Source of the DNA: Chloroflexota bacterium
GTDB taxonomy: Bacteria > Chloroflexota > Limnocylindria > P2-11E
Reading direction: 5' to 3'
Assembly (NCBI GenBank): GCA_005883775.1
Contig: VBEU01000162.1
Coordinates: forward strand, 1 to 44,067
DNA length: 44,067 nt
A program made the position numbers and the translations under genes. Below the pieces are notes generated by a model, which saw nothing but the letters and a program-made list of their open reading frames with translations, made no database searches and was not told the origin of the DNA. This document shows, piece after piece, positions 16,683 to 25,646 of this stretch. The number at the start of each line of letters is the position of its first letter. The first letter of the stretch is position 1.

Positions 16683-18344
16683 GTGGTCCTCGTGTTCAAC
16701 CGCCAGATCGCCGCGTTCGGAGTCACGCTCGCTCTCTTGCTTGCGGCCTGCACGCCTGCGCCAAAGGGCACCGCGTCTTCACCGTCCGGCGCTGCCGGCG
16801 AGCAACCGCAACCGGGCGGAACGCTCACCTTCATCGTGAACGCGGAGCCGCCGTCGTTCGACGGCCACCGCGAAACGACCTTCGCGCTCCTGCATCCGAT
16901 CGCACCGCACTACAGCACGCTCTACAAGTTCGACCCGAATGACCTGACCACGGTCATCCCGGACGTCGCCGCCGCCATGCCGGAGATCTCGGCGGACAAG
17001 CTCACCTACACGATCAAGCTCCGCACCGACGTAAAGTTCCACGACGGTACGAAGATGACGAGCGACGACATCGTCGCGACCTACAACAAGATCATCTTCC
17101 CGCCCACCGGTGTGCTCTCACCCCGCGCGGGCGCCTACGCCGCGGTCGATGCGAATGGCATCACCGCGACATCGCCCGATGCGGTCACGTTCAAGCTCAA
17201 GTACCCGTCGGCTTCGTTCGCCACGAACCTCGCCTCGCCGTGGAATTTCATCTACAGCGCGGCGAAGCTCAAGGCGGACATCCACTGGTATGAGAAGAAC
17301 ATCATGGGCACCGGCCCGTTCACGTACGTCTCGAACACCAAGGGACAGGACTGGGTCGGCAAGAAGTTCCCGGACTACTTCGGCAAGGACAAGAACGGCG
17401 TCCAGCTGCCCTACCTCGACGGATATAAGGCCCTCATCATCACCGACGCCAGCGCCGAGGTGAACGCGATCCGCAGCAAGCAGGCGGCGATCGAATTCCG
17501 TGGCTTCACGCCGCAGCAACGCGATACCCTCTCGGGCGCGCTCGGCAGCGCGCTCGCGATCCAGGAGGCGCCGTGGATTTGCGTGAACTACGTCGTCCCG
17601 AACACGAAGAAGCCGCCCTTCGATGACGTCCGGGTGCGCCAGGCGCTGACCCTCGCGATCGACCGCTATGCCGGCAGCACGTCGCTCCAGAAGATCACGA
17701 TCGTGAAGGATGTCGGCGGCCTCATGCGGCCCAAGGGTCCGTTCGCGCAGACGGACTCCGACCTCCAGAAGATCGCCGGTTTCGGCACGGACGGCGCGGC
17801 CAACAAGGCCAAAGCGAAGCAGCTCCTCGCCGACGCGGGCCAGTCGAACCTCACGTTCAAGTTCCTCAACCGCAACATCACGACGCCCTACGAGCCGGTC
17901 GCGCTCTTCGTACTCGACCAGTGGAAGCAGATCGGCATCAACGCCACGCACGACGTGAAGGAGACCTCCGCGTACCAGGCCGACCTGCGCGCAGGGAACT
18001 TCGAGGTCGCGCTTGATTTCAACTGCGACTTCCTCGATGAGCCCGACCTGCAGCTCGCCAAGTTCTGGTCCGCCTCGGGTCTCGGCAAGGGCCTGAACTT
18101 CGCGTATTACGACGACGCGGCGCTCGACAAGATGATCGACGGACAGAGCCGCGAGACCGACCCGGCCAAGCGCAAGGCGCTCGTCGCCGACATCGAGAAG
18201 TACGCGATGGACACGAAGGCCTACCAGTATCCGGTCCTCTGGTGGTACCGGATCATTCCGTACCTGAACACGGTGCGCGGCTGGCGCATCGGTTCGAACC
18301 ACTACACCAATCAGGACCTCGAGACGGTCTGGCTGGGGAAATAA
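16683..18344 (+). CDS. ABC transporter substrate-binding lipoprotein, family 5 (peptide/nickel/opine type)
   Basis: A lipobox-like LLLAAC follows a signal sequence. Length and motifs are typical of SBP_bac_5. The start could instead be GTG 16692, which is better spaced from the GAGGGGG Shine-Dalgarno. Confidence 0.85.
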   Translation: MVLVFNRQIAAFGVTLALLLAACTPAPKGTASSPSGAAGEQPQPGGTLTFIVNAEPPSFDGHRETTFALLHPIAPHYSTLYKFDPNDLTTVIPDVAAAMPEISADKLTYTIKLRTDVKFHDGTKMTSDDIVATYNKIIFPPTGVLSPRAGAYAAVDANGITATSPDAVTFKLKYPSASFATNLASPWNFIYSAAKLKADIHWYEKNIMGTGPFTYVSNTKGQDWVGKKFPDYFGKDKNGVQLPYLDGYKALIITDASAEVNAIRSKQAAIEFRGFTPQQRDTLSGALGSALAIQEAPWICVNYVVPNTKKPPFDDVRVRQALTLAIDRYAGSTSLQKITIVKDVGGLMRPKGPFAQTDSDLQKIAGFGTDGAANKAKAKQLLADAGQSNLTFKFLNRNITTPYEPVALFVLDQWKQIGINATHDVKETSAYQADLRAGNFEVALDFNCDFLDEPDLQLAKFWSASGLGKGLNFAYYDDAALDKMIDGQSRETDPAKRKALVADIEKYAMDTKAYQYPVLWWYRIIPYLNTVRGWRIGSNHYTNQDLETVWLGK

Positions 18345-18387
18345 CGGCGAACTAGCGGACTCGAGGGAGCCGCCCGAGACTTACCGG

Positions 18388-19335
18388 ATGCGCCGGTACG
18401 TCGCCGGGCGGCTCCTGCTCATGATCCCGACGCTCGTCGGCGTCGCCATCCTGACGTTCGTGATCATGCGTGCGGTGCCAGGCGACATCGTCGCTCTGAA
18501 ATATGCCGGCTCCCCGGTGCCGCAATCGGTCATCGACGAGGAGCGTCATCAGCTCGGACTGGATAAGCCCATGTGGGCGCAGTTCACGGATTGGATGGGC
18601 GAGATCGCGCACTTCGACCTCGGCACCTCGCTCTGGACCGGCCATCCGGTCGTCGATGAGATCCTCGTCCGCCTCCCGCTCTCGCTCGAGCTCGCCATCA
18701 TCGCGACGCTTCTCGCCATAACGATCGCGGTCCCGCTTGGCGTCCTCGCAGCGGTGCGGCAGGACACCTGGACCGACTACGCGATCCGTCTTTTCTCTAT
18801 CGGTGGTCTCGCGATGCCGAGCTTCTGGATCGGGCTCCTCATGGTGCTCGCGACCATCACGTTGTTCGGATGGGCGCCGCCTCTCGTCTTCACGGCGATC
18901 ACCGACGACCCGATCGCGAACCTCTCGCAAATGGTTCTTCCCGCGCTCTCCGTCGGCTATCGCTACTCGGCCGTGTCGATGCGCATGACGCGATCGACCG
19001 TTCTCGAGGTACTCCGCGAGGACTACGTCCGCACCGCGCGCGCGAAGGGCGTGCGCGAGAGCGTCGTCGTCCTGAGGCACGCCCTCCGGAACGCGCTCCT
19101 GCCCGTCGTCACCGTGATCAGCCTTGAGTTCGCGTTCCTCATCGGCGGCCTCGTGGTCACCGAGCAGGTCTTCAACCTGAACGGCATCGGCAAGCTCCTC
19201 GTCGACGCCGTCGCGCACCGCGATTACACGCTCATCCAAGCGCTGGTGCTGCTCCTCGCGTCCGTGTTCGTGCTCATCAATTTCGTGGTCGACATGGTCT
19301 ACGTGGTGCTGGACCCAAGGATCCGCTACTCGTGA
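18388..19335 (+). CDS. ABC transporter permease (DppB/OppB-like)
   Basis: MRRYVAGRLLLMIPTLVGVAILTFVIM N-terminus and the EAA-loop region ..DYVRTARAKG... Confidence 0.9.
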   Translation: MRRYVAGRLLLMIPTLVGVAILTFVIMRAVPGDIVALKYAGSPVPQSVIDEERHQLGLDKPMWAQFTDWMGEIAHFDLGTSLWTGHPVVDEILVRLPLSLELAIIATLLAITIAVPLGVLAAVRQDTWTDYAIRLFSIGGLAMPSFWIGLLMVLATITLFGWAPPLVFTAITDDPIANLSQMVLPALSVGYRYSAVSMRMTRSTVLEVLREDYVRTARAKGVRESVVVLRHALRNALLPVVTVISLEFAFLIGGLVVTEQVFNLNGIGKLLVDAVAHRDYTLIQALVLLLASVFVLINFVVDMVYVVLDPRIRYS

Positions 19336-20264
19336 CCGAGCTCGCGCGGCCGGTAGCCCGCGACGCCGACGACGTGGCGAAGCGCCGCTACCTCGAGTCG
19401 ACCGGGCCACGGCGCTTCGTCCGGTTCTGGCGCGAGTTCATCCGGCGGCGGCCGCTCGGTACCGCCGGCGCCGCGCTGATCATCCTCATGCTGCTGACGG
19501 CCGCGTTCGCCGACCGCATCGCGCCGTACGACCCTGTCGAGATCCGATTCAGCGATCTGCTCCAGGGCCCCTCGCTGCAGCACCTCCTCGGGACCGACCC
19601 GTTCGGTCGGGACGTGTTCTCGCGGATCGTATACGGCTCGCGGACCGCGCTTCTTGTCGGGTTCAGCGCGTCGTTCGTGGGCTGCACGCTCGGTTTGGTG
19701 CTCGGGGTGGTGGGCGCGTACTTCGGCGGAAAGGTCGATCAGCTGGTCCAGCGGCTGATGGACGTCCTCCTCAGCTTTCCGCTGATCGTCATCGCGATCG
19801 CCGTCGTCGCCGCACTCGGGACGGGCGAGGACAAGATCGCGAACGTCATCGCGGCGATCACGGTCCCGATCATCCCCCGTGTCGCGCGCGTCGTGCGTTC
19901 CAGCGCGCTCAGCATCGTGAACATGCCGTACATCGAGGCGACGCGCGCGGTCGGATCCGGCGCTGTCCGCATCATGTTCCGCCACATCGCGCCGAACGTG
20001 TTCGCGCCCTACCTCATCATGCTCACCGCGTTCCTCGGGCAGGCGATCCTGCTCGAAGCCTCGCTCTCGTTCCTTGGCCTCGGCGTGTTCGAGCCGACGC
20101 CGTCATGGGGGCTGATGCTCCGCGGCGCCGGGATGCAGTTCCTCGAGCAGGCACCGTGGCTCGCCATCGCACCCGGCGTCGCGATCAGCATGGCCGTCTT
20201 CGGCTTCAATCTCTTCGGGGACTCGCTTCGCGACGCACTCGATCCGCGGCTGCGGACGGCCTAG
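19332..20264 (+). CDS. ABC transporter permease (DppC/OppC-like)
   Basis: HLLGTDPFGRDVFSRIVYG and ..MPYIEATRAVG.. motifs. The start overlaps the upstream stop. Confidence 0.9.
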   Translation: MTELARPVARDADDVAKRRYLESTGPRRFVRFWREFIRRRPLGTAGAALIILMLLTAAFADRIAPYDPVEIRFSDLLQGPSLQHLLGTDPFGRDVFSRIVYGSRTALLVGFSASFVGCTLGLVLGVVGAYFGGKVDQLVQRLMDVLLSFPLIVIAIAVVAALGTGEDKIANVIAAITVPIIPRVARVVRSSALSIVNMPYIEATRAVGSGAVRIMFRHIAPNVFAPYLIMLTAFLGQAILLEASLSFLGLGVFEPTPSWGLMLRGAGMQFLEQAPWLAIAPGVAISMAVFGFNLFGDSLRDALDPRLRTA

Positions 20265-20728
20265 CCGAAATCGACCCAGCCCGGAGCCCCGCGACGTCTA
20301 CGGTCGTGAAGCGTGGCAAGAATCCAGGGCAGGCCAACGAAGACGAACCACACGGCGATGTCGCCGCCGAGCGACTTTTCGACAAGGCCGAGCCCTCCGT
20401 CGATCAGCTGCCGCGCCACGCCGAGAACGATGAGGGCGCTCCAGCCACCGTACCAGGCGACCACAAAGCCCTGCGTCAGACTCGGCCGCCATGCGCGGGG
20501 TATCCCGTACTCGTCCCGCAATGTGGCGAGAGCACCGTAGGTGAGACCAAGCGCTAGAAGCAGGTAGAGGCTACTGAAGCCGTCGTTGACGGTCGCCTCT
20601 GGCCGTGGTTGAAACGGCCCAATGACCATGGCGAAGACCGCCGGCACACCGAAAAGACCCAGGAACAGGGCAATAGCCCACGTGACGACGTGATCACCGA
20701 GCGTTCGCTTACGGCCACCGGTCTCCAT
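20261..20728 (-). CDS. Hypothetical multi-pass membrane protein
   Basis: The 155-aa ORF has about four hydrophobic helices. I recognise no family. Confidence 0.5.
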   Translation of the reverse strand: METGGRKRTLGDHVVTWAIALFLGLFGVPAVFAMVIGPFQPRPEATVNDGFSSLYLLLALGLTYGALATLRDEYGIPRAWRPSLTQGFVVAWYGGWSALIVLGVARQLIDGGLGLVEKSLGGDIAVWFVFVGLPWILATLHDRRRRGAPGWVDFG

Positions 20729-20784
20729 GGGATGAGGCTACCCGCGGGCGGTTGCGACACGGTGTCGGGGCTGCCTCGTAGACG

Positions 20785-21291
20785 CTACGCGCGATGTGGC
20801 GTGGTTACCTGCGCCTCGACGGCGGAGCGGATCGCGGCCTCGAGCTCATGCGGGTGTCGCGATCCGATGAGTACTGGCAGGCCCTTACGCAGGCGGATCT
20901 TCACGCCCACGTCGCCGCCGGTCGTGTACGCCCATCCCGCGGGCCCGAGGCGCACGCCCCAGCCGCCGTAGTCGATGAGCGGACGGTAGTGCTTCACCTC
21001 GAGACCGACGATGTCCCCAAACGCGATGCGCCGCGTCGGCCAGAGGTGGCGGAACGCGATGCTCACACCGCTGTCGGTGACGTCGACGTCGAGGTGCGAC
21101 AGCGAGATGAGCGCGGCGACGAGCACGACCACGACCGGTGCGGTCGCGAGGAGCAGCGCGTCGTTCGGCCGCGAAAGGACAACCGCGAGGACGGTGACCC
21201 CGACGATGAAGATCATCGCGAGCACGAGCAGTCCCATGAGAGCGTCATGGAAATGCTGTTCCTCGTGAAAGCGACTCACGTTCCCTTCCAC
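20785..21291 (-). CDS. Hypothetical membrane protein (two N-terminal TMs plus a small soluble domain)
   Basis: The 168-aa ORF has two TM helices followed by a beta-rich C-terminal region. I recognise no confident family. Confidence 0.5.
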   Translation of the reverse strand: MEGNVSRFHEEQHFHDALMGLLVLAMIFIVGVTVLAVVLSRPNDALLLATAPVVVVLVAALISLSHLDVDVTDSGVSIAFRHLWPTRRIAFGDIVGLEVKHYRPLIDYGGWGVRLGPAGWAYTTGGDVGVKIRLRKGLPVLIGSRHPHELEAAIRSAVEAQVTTPHRA

Positions 21292-21958
21292 ACAGGCTTG
21301 CGCCGCTCGATGAAGGCTTTCACGCCCTCGCGGAAATCGGTGCTCGTGTAGCAGAGCGCGACGAGATCGGCGGCCTCGTCCGGCATCATCCGCGCACGGA
21401 TGCGACGGCTCATCTCCTTCGTCGCATGCAGCGTGAGCGGGGCATACGACCCAAGCTCCTCGACGAGTTGGCCCACCCGTGCCTCGAGCGCATCCTCACC
21501 GTCCACGATCTCGGTGACGAGACCGATCGCTCGTGCCTCCTGCGCGTCGATGAGCCGCGCCGTGAAGACAAGCTCCTTCACGCGACCGAGACCGACGAGC
21601 GCGGCGAGGCGGACGAGGTTCGCGGCGGAGAAGCAGTTCCCGAGCGTTCTCGCGACCGGGACTCCGAAGCGCGCCGACGGCGCGGCGACGCGGCGATCGT
21701 GGGCACGCGCACGTCCTCGATAGCGCCGAGCCAAGCGTCCATACGGCGCTCGTACTCGAGCGCCTGCGACGCCTCCTTGAAATCGACGAACTGGGCGATG
21801 TCCGTTCCGGCCACGAACGCATCGGCGCCGTTCGCGTCGCGGCAGATCGCGGCGATGCGGTCGTACATCGCGAACGTCATCGCGTTGCGCGCGGCCGGTC
21901 GATCGACGACGATCCAGAGCGCGCCGGCGCGGCGCTCGGTGCGGATCTCCTCGGTCAT
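21276..21958 (-). pseudogene. Enoyl-CoA hydratase/isomerase (crotonase) family gene, frameshifted with an internal block missing
   Basis: The N-terminal part (MTEEIRTERRAGALWIVVDRPAARNAMT...VRVPTIAA) is in the frame of ORF 21578..21958. The C-terminal part (ARFGVPVARTLGN...FREGVKAFIERRKPVWKG) is in the frame of ORF 21276..22178. Only 14 nt (21675-21688) separate PTIAA from ARFG, where crotonases carry roughly 25 residues including the oxyanion-hole GGG segment. Confidence 0.7.
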
Positions 21959-23154
21959 GCGCGAGCGATGATGCCCGCGCTCGCGAGATCGTCCATGTCG
22001 GCGTCGCCCAAGCCAAGCTCGCGGAGCACCTCGGCGCTGTGCTCACCCAAGCGGGGACCGGCGCGGCGGTGCCGGACGGGGGTGCGGCCAAGCCGCATCG
22101 GCGAACCCAGCCCACGAAGCGTGCCCAGGACGGGATGCTCGAGATCGACGAAGAACTTCCGCGCAAGCAGGTGCTCATCGTTGAAGACGTCGCTGTAGTC
22201 CGCGATCTCGCCGCACGGCACGCCCCCCTCGCGGAGGAGCGCGAGCCAGTGTTCGGCGGGCTTCGTGCGCGTCACCTTCTCGATCGCCAGCACGAGCTCC
22301 TCGCGATTGCGAAGACGGGCATTCGCGTCGACGAATCGCCGATCGGCCTCGAGTGGTCCGAGCCCGACGGCGCCGCAGAACGCCTTCCAGTTCGGCGGGG
22401 TCGTTGCACCGACGATGAAGTGGCGATCGGAGGCCGCAACGGCCTGGTATGGCGCGACGAGCTTGTGCGCCGAGCCGGCCGCCCGCGGAACTTCGCCGCT
22501 GCCGAAGTAGATGCCCGCTTCCCAGACCGCGAGCGACACCGCCGACTCGAACATCGAGATGTCGACGAGCTGACCTCGACCGTCGCGCTCGCGGGCGCGA
22601 AGAGCCGCGAGGGTCGCGATCGTCGCGTAGAGCGCGGCGGTCAGGTCCGCGATCGAGACACCTACCTTCACCGGGACGCCACCCTCTTCGCCGGTGATGC
22701 TCATGAGCCCGCTCTGGCCCTGAACGATGATGTCGAGCGCGGGCCGGTCGGCGTACGGGCCGTCGAGTCCCCAGCCGGTGACGGCGACGTAGACAAGGCG
22801 CGCGTTCGCCTGGAGGAGCGAGGCCGGAGAGAGGCCGAGGTCATCCATGGTCCCAGGGCGCAGATTCTCGACGATCACGTCCGCTCTGCCGGCGAGCCTT
22901 TTGAAGACCTCGCGGCCTTCCTCGCGTTTGAGGTCGATCGCGAGGCTGCGCTTGTCGCGGTTGAGTCGCGCGAAGTTACCGCTCTCTCCGGACGCGAGGG
23001 GCTCGAGGAGCCGCGCGAGGTCGCCGGCTTTCGGATGCTCGACCTTTACGACGTCGGCGCCGAGATCGGCGAGCTGCATCCCGCAGAACGGGCCCGCCAT
23101 GTAGTTGCCGATCTCGACCACACGGATGCCCGCAAGGGGCGGGGCGCCTAGCAC
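21955..23154 (-). CDS. Family III CoA-transferase (CaiB/BaiF/Frc type)
   Basis: LAGIRVVEIGNYMAGPFCGMQLADLGADVVKVE is the hallmark N-terminus. The start is set at GTG 23154, which overlaps the upstream stop. The track start at 23268 would overlap the neighbouring gene by 120 nt. Confidence 0.85.
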   Translation of the reverse strand: MLGAPPLAGIRVVEIGNYMAGPFCGMQLADLGADVVKVEHPKAGDLARLLEPLASGESGNFARLNRDKRSLAIDLKREEGREVFKRLAGRADVIVENLRPGTMDDLGLSPASLLQANARLVYVAVTGWGLDGPYADRPALDIIVQGQSGLMSITGEEGGVPVKVGVSIADLTAALYATIATLAALRARERDGRGQLVDISMFESAVSLAVWEAGIYFGSGEVPRAAGSAHKLVAPYQAVAASDRHFIVGATTPPNWKAFCGAVGLGPLEADRRFVDANARLRNREELVLAIEKVTRTKPAEHWLALLREGGVPCGEIADYSDVFNDEHLLARKFFVDLEHPVLGTLRGLGSPMRLGRTPVRHRRAGPRLGEHSAEVLRELGLGDADMDDLASAGIIARA

Positions 23155-24164
23155 GTGCCCCAGCGGTCGATCCGGCCCCCGCTCTGTCTCCACACGCCGG
23201 CAAGCGTTCCCTCGTAGCCCACGAACCAGACCTCGTTGCCGTGCGCGAACACGCTGCGGATGGAGCATGTCGTGCTGAGGTTGGCGACGGGGCTAACGGT
23301 GTTGCCCTCGACCATAAGCGCTGTTCCGTCATCGCCGACGACGTACGTGATCGCCCCGACGCGCACCGACGCGCGGAGCTCGTGCTGCACGCCGCTCTCG
23401 AGCGGATGCCAGTGGCCGTCGAACCGGAGGATCACTCCATCATCGCCGGCCGCGATCGCCTCGGTGGCCGATGTCGCCGCGATCGTGCGCAGGGTCACCT
23501 TCGTACCGGTGTCATACGGCTTCCAGCCGACGGTCCCGCCGACTTTTTCGAGACGGTACGACACCCCGGTTGCGCCGACCATCCACGCGGAGCCTCCCGC
23601 GAAGCCGACCACTCCATAGAGATCCTCGTCGATCCCTCCGGCGTATTGGTCCCACCCCGCGAAGCTCTGTCGCTGCACGTTGCCCTCGGAGCCGACGACG
23701 AGCGCGCCATCGGGCACCACCGAGACGGCGTACGCATTGAACGACCCGATGTCGTCGGCGCGGATCGTCTTGCCGAGGTCATCGATGGTGACGACGCGGC
23801 CGAAGGCGCCCACCGCAATGACCGTGTCCGGACTGCACGCTGCCGCGACGAGCGAGCGCAGGGTCGCGTCGATGAGCTCCCAGCGCTGCAGCTGGCGATC
23901 GAACCGTCCGATCCCACCGCCGTCCGACACGACCCACACCGCGTCGTCGGTCGCGCACCCCGCCGAGAGCGGCTGCTTGAACACGAACGGGCCGGTGTCG
24001 GGCTCGGCCGTCGCCGTCGGGACCGGCGCCGGCGTGGCGGGCGGCGGCGTCGGCGTGGCGCGGGTGACGACCCCGACGGCGGCGCCCGCGCCGACCGCGA
24101 GGACGAGCATGATCGCGGCCGCGGCAAGGGCCGTGCTCGTGCGAAGCGTCCCGGGTGGAATCAG
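23148..24164 (-). CDS. Membrane-anchored or secreted beta-propeller repeat protein (Ycf48/BNR-like repeats)
   Basis: It has repeated ..VG..G.v.. blades and a Pro/Thr linker after an N-terminal hydrophobic segment. The first ATG is at 24110. A complete signal-anchor (R-TSTALAAAAIMLVLAVGAGAAVGVV) requires the in-frame CTG at 24164-24162, which overlaps the htpX stop as CTGA. Confidence 0.6.
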   Translation of the reverse strand: MIPPGTLRTSTALAAAAIMLVLAVGAGAAVGVVTRATPTPPPATPAPVPTATAEPDTGPFVFKQPLSAGCATDDAVWVVSDGGGIGRFDRQLQRWELIDATLRSLVAAACSPDTVIAVGAFGRVVTIDDLGKTIRADDIGSFNAYAVSVVPDGALVVGSEGNVQRQSFAGWDQYAGGIDEDLYGVVGFAGGSAWMVGATGVSYRLEKVGGTVGWKPYDTGTKVTLRTIAATSATEAIAAGDDGVILRFDGHWHPLESGVQHELRASVRVGAITYVVGDDGTALMVEGNTVSPVANLSTTCSIRSVFAHGNEVWFVGYEGTLAGVWRQSGGRIDRWGTC

Positions 24165-25090
24165 TCCATGGCCTCGAGTCTCTTTATGCGCTCCTCGATC
24201 GGCGGATGGGTGTCGAAGAGGTGGTCAAAGAACGCCGGAGCGTCCTTTAACGGGTTCGCGATGTACAGGGACGCGGTCGCCTTATTGGCCACCTCGAGCG
24301 GCTCCTTGTCTGCCGCGATCTTGCGCAGGGCCGACGCGAGGCCCGGCGGGTAACGGGTGAGGAGCGCGCCCGACGCGTCCGCCAGGTACTCGCGCTGCCG
24401 CGACACCGCGAGCTGGATGAGCGTGGCAATGATCGGCGTGAGCACCGCGAGGGCTATCGCGATGACGGCAATGATCGCGCCGGCACCGCCACGGTCGCGA
24501 TCGCGGCGCCCGCCCTGGGTCCAGAAGAACGAGCGCCACATCCAGTCCGCGAGCAGGGCGACCGTGCCGACCAGAACGGTCACGAGGACCATGACGCGGA
24601 TATCGCGGTTCCCGACATGCGAGAGCTCGTGCGCGATCACCCCTTCGAGCTCGGTGCGGTCCAGCTTGTCGAGGAGGCCGCGCGTCACCGCGATCGACGC
24701 GTGCTGCGGATCGCGTCCGGTGGCGAACGCGTTGGGCGCCGAATCCTCGATCACGTAGATCTTCGGGGTCGGGATCCCGAGCCCGAGGGCGAGCGCCTCC
24801 ACGATGTTGCGAAGCTGGGGCTCCTCGCTCGGGCCGAGCTCGCGGGCCTGGCTCTGGGCGAGGATCAGCTTGTCGCCGGCGAAATAGGACACGAGCGCGC
24901 CGCCCGTCGATATCGCGAACGCGAACGGCAACGCCGCGATGCCGCCGCCGGGCGCGAAATATTCGCCGACGAAATAGGCGAGCACGGCGACCAGCGCGGT
25001 GAAGGCTGCGATCAGAAGCACGGTCCGCCACCTGTTGGCGGCGGCAGCTTCGTAGATCGAAACTCGCGCGGGAGTGGACTCAGTGGTCAC
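24161..25090 (-). CDS. htpX: M48-family zinc metalloprotease HtpX
   Basis: It has the HELSHVGNRD zinc motif, four TMs, and a C-terminal ..FDTHPPIEERI.. motif. Confidence 0.9.
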   Translation of the reverse strand: MTTESTPARVSIYEAAAANRWRTVLLIAAFTALVAVLAYFVGEYFAPGGGIAALPFAFAISTGGALVSYFAGDKLILAQSQARELGPSEEPQLRNIVEALALGLGIPTPKIYVIEDSAPNAFATGRDPQHASIAVTRGLLDKLDRTELEGVIAHELSHVGNRDIRVMVLVTVLVGTVALLADWMWRSFFWTQGGRRDRDRGGAGAIIAVIAIALAVLTPIIATLIQLAVSRQREYLADASGALLTRYPPGLASALRKIAADKEPLEVANKATASLYIANPLKDAPAFFDHLFDTHPPIEERIKRLEAMD

Positions 25091-25113
25091 GCTACTGAAA
25101 GGCTAGAGCCTCG

Positions 25114-25607
25114 TTAGAACTTCACCTGCGGCGTCTCGCGTTCGGTCGCGTCGGCGAGCTCGAAGTACTGCTCCGGCCCAAAGCCGAACATTCCGGCGAA
25201 GATGTTCGTGGGGAAGGTCTGGAGCGACGTGTTGTAGTCGCGAACGTTCCCGTTGTAGAACCGCCGGGCGAAGGAGATCTTGTCCTCCGTCGCCGTGAGG
25301 TTCTCGGACAGGTCCTTGAACTCCTGGACCGCCTGCAGCTGCGGGTAGTTCTCGGCGACCGCGAAGACCGAGCGGAGCGCTCCGGTGAGCATGTTCTCGG
25401 CCTGCGCGCGCTGTTCCGGCGTCGCCGATGCGCCTGCCGCTACGGCGGCGGCGCGCGCTTCGGTCACCTTCTGAAAGACCGTCGACTCGTGCGGATGTCA
25501 GCCCAGGCCTCCTTCACGCGCTGACGCAGCGTGACGAGGCGGTTGTAGGTCGCGATGAAGAAGAGGGCGAGCACCCCGAGGATGACAAGGACGACGATGA
25601 TTTCCAC
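25114..25607 (-). pseudogene. lemA: LemA-family protein gene, frameshifted with about 23 conserved codons missing
   Basis: GTG 25607 is preceded by a GGGAGGG Shine-Dalgarno and gives VEIIVVLVILGVLALFFIATYNRLVTLRQRVKEAWADI, followed by an early stop. The rest (HESTVFQKVTEARAAA...AENYPQL...FPTNIFAGMFGF) is in another frame (ORF 25114..25467). The conserved block after AWAxI (DVQLKRRxDLIPNLVETVKGYA) is absent. The junction is at about 25490-25494. Confidence 0.75.
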
Positions 25608-25646
25608 GGCCCCTCCCTTGAGCGCGAGGCTAGCAGAACGATCGCC

